From contig JACQJH010000001.1 in assembly GCA_016205145.1 (NCBI GenBank), positions 1 through 32,000 of the forward strand: a stretch of 32,000 nt of DNA, read 5' to 3'. Below the pieces are notes generated by a model. That model saw only the letters and a list, made by a program, of their open reading frames with translations. It had not been told where the DNA came from and made no database searches. The translations under genes were made by a program, and so were the position numbers. Of this stretch, positions 1 through 7,208 are shown piece after piece. Numbering within the stretch: the first letter of the stretch is position 1; each line of letters opens with the position of its first letter. The stretch is from Candidatus Iainarchaeum sp. (GTDB lineage: Archaea > Iainarchaeota > Iainarchaeia > Iainarchaeales > JACQJH01).

Positions 1-71
1 GGGTGGGGCAGCCAGGAGTGCCCGTCGGGCTCATAACCCGAAGGTCGAAGGTTCAAATCCTTCCCCCGCTA
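1..71 (+). tRNA. initiator tRNA-Met (anticodon CAT); about the first 4 nt of the acceptor stem are cut off by the window edge
   Basis: The cloverleaf is readable by eye. D arm GGGC-AGCCAGGAGT-GCCC (6-23). Anticodon arm TCGGG-CTCATAA-CCCGA (25-41), with CAT at 32-34. Variable loop AGGTC. T arm GAAGG-TTCAAAT-CCTTC (47-63). Acceptor 3' strand CCCCGCT (64-70) plus discriminator A71; no CCA is encoded. Three G:C pairs close the anticodon stem and an A1:U72 pair is implied, which together are the archaeal initiator signature. Confidence 0.9.
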
Positions 72-490
72 AAAAAATAAAACACTATTTCTTTAAAACC
101 CACAGAACCAAGCCTTAAAAAAACACAAAAAGGCAAAAAGAACCGGAAAGCTTCCACACTACACCGATTAGACCTAAAAAAAGCGGCATCTAATAAAAAA
201 AGATCACAAACTTTTGCACCTAAAACTTAGGACCGCTTTTAGCCGGGCCCAAAAGCCAAGCAACCGCCCTCACCCAGGCTCACAAATACACGCCACCCAC
301 GAGAACCATAACAAAAAAACCAGGCGGCAAAAAACCCGGCAAAAAGCAAAAAAACAATGCCTCACAAAAGGCGGGAATGTTGGCATATGATCGTCCCACC
401 TAAAAGGAGCCTGGACAAAACAAAAATGACCCATATAACAAGGCTCAAAAAACCACTTTAAAGCGAAAAAAGGACAAACAAAACAAAAAT

Positions 491-549
491 AAGTAATTAC
501 AAGTAATTTTAGTAAAGGCGTGTTATTATAGTAAAATATTTAAGTAATT
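491..549 (+). promoter_or_regulatory. three direct copies of AAGTAATT (491-498, 501-508, 542-549) in the AT-rich region upstream of the 568 ORF; candidate operator/promoter
   Basis: Exact 8-mer repeats are seen in the sequence. The first two are 10 bp apart. The third overlaps a TATA-like TATTTAAG about 25-30 nt upstream of the ATG at 568. Confidence 0.35.
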
Positions 550-567
550 ACGGCAAATATAATAATC

Positions 568-975
568 ATGGTTTTAGGATTCCTTATAAAAATTTTGGAA
601 AGACTGCGCGGCCCCCCCACCGGCACGGCAAAAATTTATCCCGCAGCGGAACGCCAGGAGGAAATCCGTTCTGTTTGGGACCACCTGAAATTGGTTGAAA
701 ACACCCAGGCGTTCCACCTCGCCAGCGTTATAGGTTTTGATGAGTGGGTTGATATGGAAGAGATCCGAAGGCGGGTCGTTGCACTTTTCGGGATAGAATA
801 CAAAAATGAGAAAAGCCTCTATCCTTATCTCAAAACCCTTTCAGACATAGGGCTTTTTGAGTCGACAAGCGCCGGGGGAAGGAGAAAATGGCGCAAAAAA
901 GACCTCATTATCATAATAAAGACAAAAAAAGACGAAGAAAAGGCAAAAGAAATCTATCAGAAAATAACAGCCTGA
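568..975 (+). CDS. small hypothetical protein, possible winged-helix DNA-binding protein
   Basis: 135-aa ORF with an ATG start. The segment EKSLYPYLKTLSDIGLFESTSAGGRRKWRKK looks like a recognition helix followed by a basic wing. It ends in a Lys/Glu-rich tail. No named family was recognised. Confidence 0.55.
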   Translation: MVLGFLIKILERLRGPPTGTAKIYPAAERQEEIRSVWDHLKLVENTQAFHLASVIGFDEWVDMEEIRRRVVALFGIEYKNEKSLYPYLKTLSDIGLFESTSAGGRRKWRKKDLIIIIKTKKDEEKAKEIYQKITA

Positions 976-1005
976 AAAAAAGCAAGATTGGGGTTTAAAA
1001 GAAAA

Positions 1006-1572
1006 TCAGGGTGTTTTGGCCGCCGTATAAAAGGATTTTAGGCGCTCTGATTTTGGGTAAAGCTCCTTAAACCAAACATTACCCGTGAGCTTTCTTGCTG
1101 TTTCCACTGCAATAGTTTTTATGGCTGGGTCGCCGGAACCAACCAAGGCAGATTCGACTCTGGCTGGGGTGTCGCCTGAAAGAATTTTGGTCCGGTCTAG
1201 CAGTGCCTCAAGCGCGGAAACCGCCTCTTTTTCGCTTACGTCTTTCTCGTTAAGGTAGTAAACCGCTTTCCAATCCCCTTTTGTTTGCCATTTGTGGGTC
1301 GGGTTTTTGCCTGTTTTGAAAAAATCTGTGAGTTCCTGAAACGCGTCAGGCGGGATTATGACACAGCTTTTGCCGGCGCGGATAAAAGGAAATTTTGACA
1401 GAACGCCTTCGCGGTGGTATTGGTAGTTTTTGCCGTTTGATTTGAAAACCGCCTGGGTGTAGCCGTAGATCGCCCGGAAGAGTTTTTGGTAGGTATAAGA
1501 GGAGTGTTTTGTGTTTTCGGGAAGAATGAATTTGTATTGGATGAAATAACCTTTAACGCCCATGGGCCCCAC
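1006..1572 (-). CDS. hypothetical protein, 188 aa, no family recognised
   Basis: Long ORF with protein-like composition. An AT-rich upstream region (1573-1685) contains the inverted repeat CATTAT-N10-ATAATG (1608-1629). It is on the same strand as the PRC-barrel and recombinase genes. Confidence 0.6.
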   Translation of the reverse strand: MGPMGVKGYFIQYKFILPENTKHSSYTYQKLFRAIYGYTQAVFKSNGKNYQYHREGVLSKFPFIRAGKSCVIIPPDAFQELTDFFKTGKNPTHKWQTKGDWKAVYYLNEKDVSEKEAVSALEALLDRTKILSGDTPARVESALVGSGDPAIKTIAVETARKLTGNVWFKELYPKSERLKSFYTAAKTP

Positions 1573-1685
1573 ACTTCCACTATTTAATATAATTAAGTAT
1601 TTGAAAGCATTATGTATATATTTATAATGTCAATTTATCGGCTGATAACGAACAATATAAACATAACTCTTTGTTTTTTGTTCTT

Positions 1686-1976
1686 TTAGCGGCGATGCCT
1701 GGCTGGCGGGGCTTCCACACTCTCGTCTTCCGAGACGTCTTTTCCCACACCAACAAGAACTATGTCTTTTGCTGATTTGACGTTCCTGTACGGCACGCTC
1801 TTTTCCGAAATGATCCTTTTTGCGTCCTGCTTGGATTTTGCCCTCAGCGGCTCGGTTGTGATGGTCTCAACCCTGCCTTTCTCCAGGTTTATCACAAGGT
1901 CGTAAACCTTGCCCTTATACTCTGACGTTGTGGTGTAAATGTCCATACCAAACAACTTTGAAAGCCTGACTGTCAT
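1686..1976 (-). CDS. PRC-barrel domain protein
   Basis: 96 aa. The N-terminus LFGMDIYTTTSEYKGKVYDLVINLEKGRVETI matches the typical small archaeal PRC-barrel pattern (G.dVy...G..lG.V.Dlvid). GGAGGG lies 7 nt upstream of the ATG, and a TATA-like TCTATAATA lies further upstream on the minus strand. Confidence 0.7.
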   Translation of the reverse strand: MTVRLSKLFGMDIYTTTSEYKGKVYDLVINLEKGRVETITTEPLRAKSKQDAKRIISEKSVPYRNVKSAKDIVLVGVGKDVSEDESVEAPPARHRR

Positions 1977-2195
1977 GAAATATCCCTCCCCTATTAAGCG
2001 TATTATAGAATGGAATTTAAATATTTAAATCTATCTCACCTGCCGCCAAGCGGCTTGTTTGGGGTTGGTTTGCCGGGCCGGCCCACGGGCCGGTGTCCAA
2101 GATTTTGTGTTTTTACTTCTGCTGCCGCCGGCGGTTGCCCCCGGCCCGTGGTTTGGGTGAACGCAATAGTGGAAGTGCCGCCCCGCCGGCCGGTT

Positions 2196-3170
2196 TTATT
2201 TTATTTTTATTTTGTCCAGCGGGCTCTCGACTTTTTTCAGCTGGTCCGTTGAAACCGCGGTGTAAATCTGTGTCGTGCTGAGGTTTGAATGGCCGAGAAG
2301 TTCCTGTATTTTCCTGATGTTTTCCCCCCCTTCAAGGAGGTGCGTGGCAAAGCTGTGCCGCAGTGAATGCGGCGTCACCTTTTTCTGTATGCCTGCGCGG
2401 CCGGCTGCTTTTTTTACTATTCTTTGCACTGTGTCGGTTGACAGCGGCTTTGAATTGCTTTTTTTCGAGAACATGAATTCGGACGGGATCTTTTTTCCTT
2501 CCAGGTATTTTTTTGCTTTTTTGCACCAGTCCTTTGACAGGATTATGACCCGGTCCTTGTTGCCTTTCCCGCCTTTTACTCTGGCCATCTTTTCTGCAAG
2601 GTCAAGGTCGGCAACCTTCATTTTCACGCATTCGCTTACCCTGACCCCGGAAGAGTAAAGCAGTTCCACTATCAGGCGGTTGCGCTTTTTTTTGATCGCT
2701 TTTATAAGGGCTATTACTTCCGGCACGGAAAGCGTTGTCGGCAGATGCTTTGCCTTTTTCGGCCGCTTTATTTCATCCACTATCCCCATTTTCAGGTATT
2801 CCTTGAAGAAGAACCTCAATGAGGCCAGCACCAAGGCAAGCGTGGCGTTGCCCGCGTTGCCTTTTTCCTTTTTGTGCGCGAGAAACGAGACAACGTCTTC
2901 TCGGCTGCAGGTTTCGGGTTTTTTTTTCACAAACGCAAGGAATTCCTTAACGTACATCGTGTAGGTTTCCATGGTCTTCTTGCTGTAACCGGTTATGAGT
3001 AGTTCCTGCCGGAAACGCTCAGCGGTTTTTGCCATGTCCTGTTCAGTGCCGCCCCCCGCCTTGCCTTGCTCTGCCGCCGGCTCCCCCCCGGTTTTTCCTA
3101 GGCCGCCTGTACGGGCAGTTTGTTGCGGCATATTGTTTTGCCCCTGCCGGGAGCCGGTTTTTTCCTGCAT
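2196..3170 (-). CDS. tyrosine recombinase, XerA / XerC-XerD family (chromosomal resolvase or element integrase; cannot be distinguished here)
   Basis: Catalytic signature: ELLYSSGVRVSE (Arg), HSLRHSFATHLL (H-x-x-R), LGHSNLSTTQIYTAV (His, Tyr). There is a SAM-like N-domain (YSKKTMETYTMYVKEFLAF). A 45-aa Gly/Gln/Thr-rich N-terminal extension precedes it; an alternative start is M46 at 3035. A TATA-like ATAAATATAAAAG on the minus strand (about 3196-3208) sits about 21 nt upstream of the ATG at 3170, which supports the long form. Confidence 0.9.
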   Translation of the reverse strand: MQEKTGSRQGQNNMPQQTARTGGLGKTGGEPAAEQGKAGGGTEQDMAKTAERFRQELLITGYSKKTMETYTMYVKEFLAFVKKKPETCSREDVVSFLAHKKEKGNAGNATLALVLASLRFFFKEYLKMGIVDEIKRPKKAKHLPTTLSVPEVIALIKAIKKKRNRLIVELLYSSGVRVSECVKMKVADLDLAEKMARVKGGKGNKDRVIILSKDWCKKAKKYLEGKKIPSEFMFSKKSNSKPLSTDTVQRIVKKAAGRAGIQKKVTPHSLRHSFATHLLEGGENIRKIQELLGHSNLSTTQIYTAVSTDQLKKVESPLDKIKIK

Positions 3171-3244
3171 AACAGAATCTGGCTTTTTTCGCTTTTATAT
3201 TTATGGCTTGCCGGCTGGTTCGGCTTGCCGGGGCCATTTTTAGG

Positions 3245-3256
3245 ATAAATTTAAAT
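3245..3256. promoter_or_regulatory. TATA-like box ATAAATTTAAAT upstream of the 3282 ORF (divergent region with the recombinase gene)
   Basis: An AT-rich palindromic box centred about 30 nt upstream of the ATG at 3282. The same AAATTTAAAT core recurs at 20886-20895. Confidence 0.4.
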
Positions 3257-3281
3257 CCTTTTTACCTTCAATATTGTTTTC

Positions 3282-3521
3282 ATGGCAATGCGCAAACCCC
3301 GCCCGGATGGAAAGATCGAGAATGCCGACGATAAGGCCTGGAAACAGTGGTTTTCCGAGATTCCGGACAAGGAGCACGACGATTACCTTAAACAGCTCGG
3401 TTTGGATGAAGAGGACATGAAAGAGTGGCACGAGCACAAACCGGCTGAGAAGATTCTTGACTCCGGCGAACCCGTTGCGGAGCCGCCCCGCCAACCTGGA
3501 AAAAAGAAGGGAAAAACTTAG
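3282..3521 (+). CDS. small acidic hypothetical protein with a basic C-terminal tail
   Basis: 79-aa ORF with an ATG start at the correct distance from the TATA-like box. Composition is charged and plausible (DDYLKQLGLDEEDMKEWHEH ... PGKKKGKT). The overlapping minus-strand ORF 3240..3494 looks less protein-like. Confidence 0.45.
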   Translation: MAMRKPRPDGKIENADDKAWKQWFSEIPDKEHDDYLKQLGLDEEDMKEWHEHKPAEKILDSGEPVAEPPRQPGKKKGKT

Positions 3522-3660
3522 TTTCCGTTTGCGGTATTCGTACCATATGCCTTTTTAAACTCCGCAAGCACCATTAAGTATAGTGGCAATTGATCCTTTG
3601 AAAATCTCTTTCTCTTAGTTTCTTTGGGTTTTGGTTTTTAAAGTTTCAAGGTGGGATTTG

Positions 3661-3822
3661 ATGTATCTGGACAAAGTCGATGAAAAACTCAGGCAGGAAC
3701 TTCTTCAAGAAGAATTCAAGATGAGGAAAAAGCAGCCTCAGGCTTGGACGAAAACAAAGTACAGGCGCTTTGCGAATTTCGGAAGGAACAGGCCGAAAGA
3801 ATCTGTTGCGGCGGTCGTTTAA
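3661..3822 (+). CDS. very small basic hypothetical protein (53 aa from the internal ATG)
   Basis: ORF only; followed by a T6 run at 3839-3844. There is no homology signal. Confidence 0.25.
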   Translation: MYLDKVDEKLRQELLQEEFKMRKKQPQAWTKTKYRRFANFGRNRPKESVAAVV

Positions 3823-3981
3823 GGCCCCGCGTTCCCTATTTTTTGCGCTTTTCGTAAAAAAGGTCTCCTTTTCAGGCTAGCGATGGCTATTTTGGATTAA
3901 TCTGGCTTGGCTGCTTTCATCGGGCGGCAGCTGGGCCGGCAGGCCTGCAGTTTGGTTGTCCGGCATGGCTGGTGTTTTGCC

Positions 3982-4266
3982 TTAAACCTTTGAAATCGTG
4001 CCCATTCTGCCTGTGCCGAGCTGCATTTTGCCCTTGTATTCCGAGACCCAGCCGTTTTCGATTTTGACTTTGTCGCCTTCCTCGAATGTGTCGGTCTGTT
4101 CGTTCCACAAGGTCAGGCTGATTTCGCCGGTTTCGTCCTTGGCTGCGCAATTGCAGACTTTGCCGGAGCCCCTGTCCGAGGCGAAATCCCTTGACTCGCC
4201 TTTTGAGACGATTTCAAGGGTTATTTCCGGTACTGCGCTTTTTGGTTTGAGTTCATTGACTTTCAA
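3982..4266 (-). CDS. single OB-fold nucleic-acid-binding protein (SSB/RPA-like)
   Basis: The pattern KVNELKP...EITLEIVSKGESRDF....GKVCNCAAKDETGEISLTLWNEQ..FEEGDKVKIENGWVSEYKGKMQL..G is typical of short archaeal OB-fold proteins. The start is placed at the TTG at 4266. A TATA-like CTATAAAAAAAG on the minus strand lies about 20-25 nt upstream, and the longer ORF form adds a non-homologous leader. Confidence 0.75.
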   Translation of the reverse strand: MKVNELKPKSAVPEITLEIVSKGESRDFASDRGSGKVCNCAAKDETGEISLTLWNEQTDTFEEGDKVKIENGWVSEYKGKMQLGTGRMGTISKV

Positions 4267-4438
4267 AAAACCACCGCTTTTTTTATAGGTTTGGCACCGA
4301 AACAATTTAAACTGCAATGCAACAAAAACAACTTAACTTAATGAATTAACTGTAATGGGTAAATTTATATATTCTTGGGGCATAATTATTTATTGTAGTT
4401 AACTTATTTATTTAGAACAATTACTTGCCGTGGTTTTG

Positions 4439-5194
4439 ATGTCGGAAGCTGATGTTAACAGCCTTTTTCTTGAGCTTGGGTTGACGGAATACGAGTCCAA
4501 AACGCTTTCCACCATCCTGAAACTTAAGGAAGCCGAGGCGCCTGACATCAGCAGGCTTGCGCAGGTTCCGAAGACCCGCGTCTATGACGTTTTGGACAAG
4601 CTTATCAGGCGCGGCCTGATAATCGAGATTTCCGGCAGGCCCAAGAAATACCGCGGCATAGACCCCTCCGAATCAGTGAACCTTTTGCTTAACGAGAAGA
4701 AAGCCGGTTTGAAGGCATTGGAGTCGAAGGCAAACGGTGTAAAACAGCTTTTTTTGTCCGCAGGCCAGGGCATTGCAACCGCCGAAGAGAAGGTCCTCAA
4801 AGTGAAGGACAAATCCGATTTTGAAAGGATTCTTGCGCAGGAGCTTGAAAGCGCGGAGTCAAGCGTTGTCGGTTTCACTGCTTTGGAATCAGAGTCCTCT
4901 GTGCTGGCGAACGCGCTTGAGAAGGCGAAGAACAAGAACGTCACAATCCGGCTGGTCAACCACGCGCCAACGGACGCAATCAAAAAGCATGCCAGGGACA
5001 TCGGCCTGAACGTCAGGCATTCCAACCACGGCCTCACCGCATTTGTTGTTGACGACAAGAAAGTCGTGCTTGCATTGAGCGACACCGAGAAAAGCCCGGA
5101 ATACCATTTTGCAATCTGGTCCGACAACAAGGCAATGGCTTCCATGCTGCAGGGCTATTTCGACAAGCACTGGGATGCCGGAAAGCCCATTTAA
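4439..5194 (+). CDS. TrmB-family transcriptional regulator
   Basis: The N-terminal wHTH LGLTEYESKTLSTILKLKEAEAPDISRLAQVPKTRVYDVLDKLIRRGLI is the classic TrmB N-domain. The length of about 250 aa fits a TrmB C-terminal domain. The ATG at 4439 is preferred over the GTG at 4430. Confidence 0.85.
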   Translation: MSEADVNSLFLELGLTEYESKTLSTILKLKEAEAPDISRLAQVPKTRVYDVLDKLIRRGLIIEISGRPKKYRGIDPSESVNLLLNEKKAGLKALESKANGVKQLFLSAGQGIATAEEKVLKVKDKSDFERILAQELESAESSVVGFTALESESSVLANALEKAKNKNVTIRLVNHAPTDAIKKHARDIGLNVRHSNHGLTAFVVDDKKVVLALSDTEKSPEYHFAIWSDNKAMASMLQGYFDKHWDAGKPI

Positions 5195-5366
5195 ATTCTG
5201 CCAACCGCGCAAACCAACTTAAAAACACGCCAAAGCGCAAACGCCCGAAGATACACACAAATTCTTGGACGACCGGTTTCGTCCGGCTCGCCGTCACGTC
5301 CGGCGGGTACGTGCGCTATCTTCGATAGCGCTGCCTCGCTTTGCTCGGAACGGCTGGTTTGACGAC

Positions 5367-5442
5367 GGGTACTTCGCAAAATCCAAGATTTTACGACGTG
5401 CCCAGAATCTTCGGATTCTGGAGCATTGCTGTTGCAATACCC
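5367..5442. ncRNA. copy 1 of a recurrent predicted four-way-junction element: closing helix GGGTA/TACCC plus three hairpins
   Basis: H1 is AAAATC-CAA-GATTTT (5378-5392). H2 is CCAGAATC-TTCG-GATTCTGG (5402-5421). H3 is ATTGC-TGTT-GCAAT (5425-5438). It is homologous to 31563-31640, with loop-only or pairing-preserving differences. The transcribed strand is unresolved. Confidence 0.45.
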
Positions 5443-5526
5443 AGCTACCTTCTTTTCGCTTCGATTCTTTCATTGCCCACCTGCATTTTTTAATAGTTAG
5501 GCGCACTAATTGGTTTTGTTGGTTTT

Positions 5527-7194
5527 ATGTCCCTTGACGAAGACGCTTTCCGTTATGCGGTCAAGAACGCTTTTTTGCATGGCGGAAAAGCCGACATCGG
5601 CGCGGTTGTCGGCAAGCTGAAAGCCCTGCACGCCGCGGCCGGCATGAAGGAGATTGTCGCGTCGGCGCAGGCCGCAGTGAAAAAAACCAATTCCCTTTCA
5701 TTGCAGGAAATCGAAGGCGATTTCAGGAAGTTTGCTGCTGAAGGCTACGAGCTGAAACCGCCTGAAAAAGTTGAGGGCTTGAAGCCGCTGGCATGGGCTG
5801 AAGGCGAGAACGCGGAAAAGGTTGTAACGCGTTTTGCCCCGAATCCCAATGGCCCGTTTCATTTGGGCAATGCACGTGCCGCTATTCTGAGCCACGATTA
5901 TGCGCGCAAATATGGCGGGGAATTTTTCCTGCGGTTTGATGACACCGACCCGAAAGTGAAAAAGCCTGTCGCCAATGCCGAGCAGTTGTTCCGCACCGAC
6001 CTGGAGTGGCTGGGCTGTTTTCCGGACAAGGTTTTTTTCGCTTCCGACAGGCTGGAAATCTACTATTCTCTCATGCGCAAAATAATCGGCATGGGAAAGG
6101 CGTATGTCTGCCTTTGCGATGTTGAAAAGTGGCGCGAACTCACGGAAAACAAAAAAGCGTGCCCCTGCCGCGGAAAGCCTGAAACCGAACAGCTTGCGTT
6201 GTTTGAAAAAATGCTTTCAAATGATTTGAAGGAAGGCCAGGCGGTCTTGCGCATCAAAACCGATCTGGAGCATCCTGACCCGAGCACGCGTGACTGGTGG
6301 GCAGCCAAAATCGTTGACCGGCCTGAGCACCCGAATCCGAATGTTAAGGGAAAGTTTGTCTGGCCAAGCTACAATTTTGCTTCCGCGGTCGACGACCACG
6401 AGCTTGGAGTTTCGCTCATCATCAGGGGCCAGGAGCACGCGCAGAACCAGACCAAGCAGGAATTCCTGTACAAATATTTTGGCTGGAAGTATCCGCATTC
6501 AATCCATTTCGGCAGGGTCAAATTGGAAGGCATGGTTTTGAGTACCTCGAAAATCAAAGCGGGCATTGAAGCGGGCGAATATTCGGGCTGGGATGACCCG
6601 CGGCTTGGCACGATCCAGGCCCTGCGCAGGAGAGGCTTTTTGCCTGAAACCCTGCGCAAGGCAATCATTTTCATTGGCTCGAACCAGAATGACACGACAA
6701 TCAGTTCCGATGCCCTGGCTTCATGGAACCGCGAATCATTGCAGTCCGCGCCAGGTTTTGTTTTCATCCAGGACCCGGTCAGGCTTGAAGTCAAATTCTG
6801 TCCTGCAACCGAGGCCGAGCTTGACAATGAAACGGTTTCCCTGGATGAGGGTTCGCAGTCTTTTTTTGTTTCGAAAAAAGAGCTTGAAAAAGCCGGCCCT
6901 GCAGGAGTTTTCCGCCTGAAAAAGGCGTTCAACGCAAAGCTGGAAACGATTGAGGAATTTTCAGCCGGGGCGAAGTTTGCCGGAACCCACAGGCTTGAGC
7001 CGGTTGTTTCATGGCTTTTGGTGGGCGCTGACATTGAAGTTCTGATGCCCGACAATTCAAAGGTTGTCGGCCTGGTCAACGAAAAAATTTTGTCGCAGAA
7101 AATAGGTTCGGTTGTACTGCTTGAAAGGTTCGGCTTTGTCAGGCTTGATTCCGAAAAGAATGCGCGCCTGCAGGCAGTGTTCTCGCACAAGTGA
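5527..7194 (+). CDS. gltX: glutamyl-tRNA synthetase (archaeal type)
   Basis: Class I HIGH-type motif FAPNPNGPFHLGNARAA and KMSKS-equivalent VLSTSKIK. Length 555 aa. Confidence 0.95.
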   Translation: MSLDEDAFRYAVKNAFLHGGKADIGAVVGKLKALHAAAGMKEIVASAQAAVKKTNSLSLQEIEGDFRKFAAEGYELKPPEKVEGLKPLAWAEGENAEKVVTRFAPNPNGPFHLGNARAAILSHDYARKYGGEFFLRFDDTDPKVKKPVANAEQLFRTDLEWLGCFPDKVFFASDRLEIYYSLMRKIIGMGKAYVCLCDVEKWRELTENKKACPCRGKPETEQLALFEKMLSNDLKEGQAVLRIKTDLEHPDPSTRDWWAAKIVDRPEHPNPNVKGKFVWPSYNFASAVDDHELGVSLIIRGQEHAQNQTKQEFLYKYFGWKYPHSIHFGRVKLEGMVLSTSKIKAGIEAGEYSGWDDPRLGTIQALRRRGFLPETLRKAIIFIGSNQNDTTISSDALASWNRESLQSAPGFVFIQDPVRLEVKFCPATEAELDNETVSLDEGSQSFFVSKKELEKAGPAGVFRLKKAFNAKLETIEEFSAGAKFAGTHRLEPVVSWLLVGADIEVLMPDNSKVVGLVNEKILSQKIGSVVLLERFGFVRLDSEKNARLQAVFSHK

Positions 7195-7208
7195 TGCCGG
7201 GGTTTTCC

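Noticed and set aside
358-462. 34-codon ORF (MPHKRRECWHMIVPPKRSLDKTKMTHITRLKKPL) inside the A+C-skewed tract
   Set aside because: It is short, its composition merely reflects the A/C-rich sequence, and no promoter- or SD-like signal was noted.
2010-2281. Plus-strand ORFs 2010..2252 and 2093..2281 in the GC-rich spacer
   Set aside because: The frames stay open only because the segment is GC-rich and palindromic. The translations are Pro/Gly/Arg/Cys-rich and overlap the recombinase 3' end.
1-4400. Direct repeat of the tRNA 3' end (attL/attR) that would delimit an integrated element
   Set aside because: I found no second copy of GGTTCAAATCCTTCCCCCGCT, or a substantial part of it, anywhere in the window. 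Integration is therefore left as an open hypothesis, not a call.
5265-5537. ORFs 5265..5537 and 31495..31743 share a peptide-like match (RRAQNL.IL.H.CC), suggesting a repeated small protein
   Set aside because: The similarity is at nucleotide level and is confined to the hairpin element. The substitutions preserve base pairing rather than codons. Both ORFs otherwise have implausible composition and cross promoter- or terminator-like sequence.
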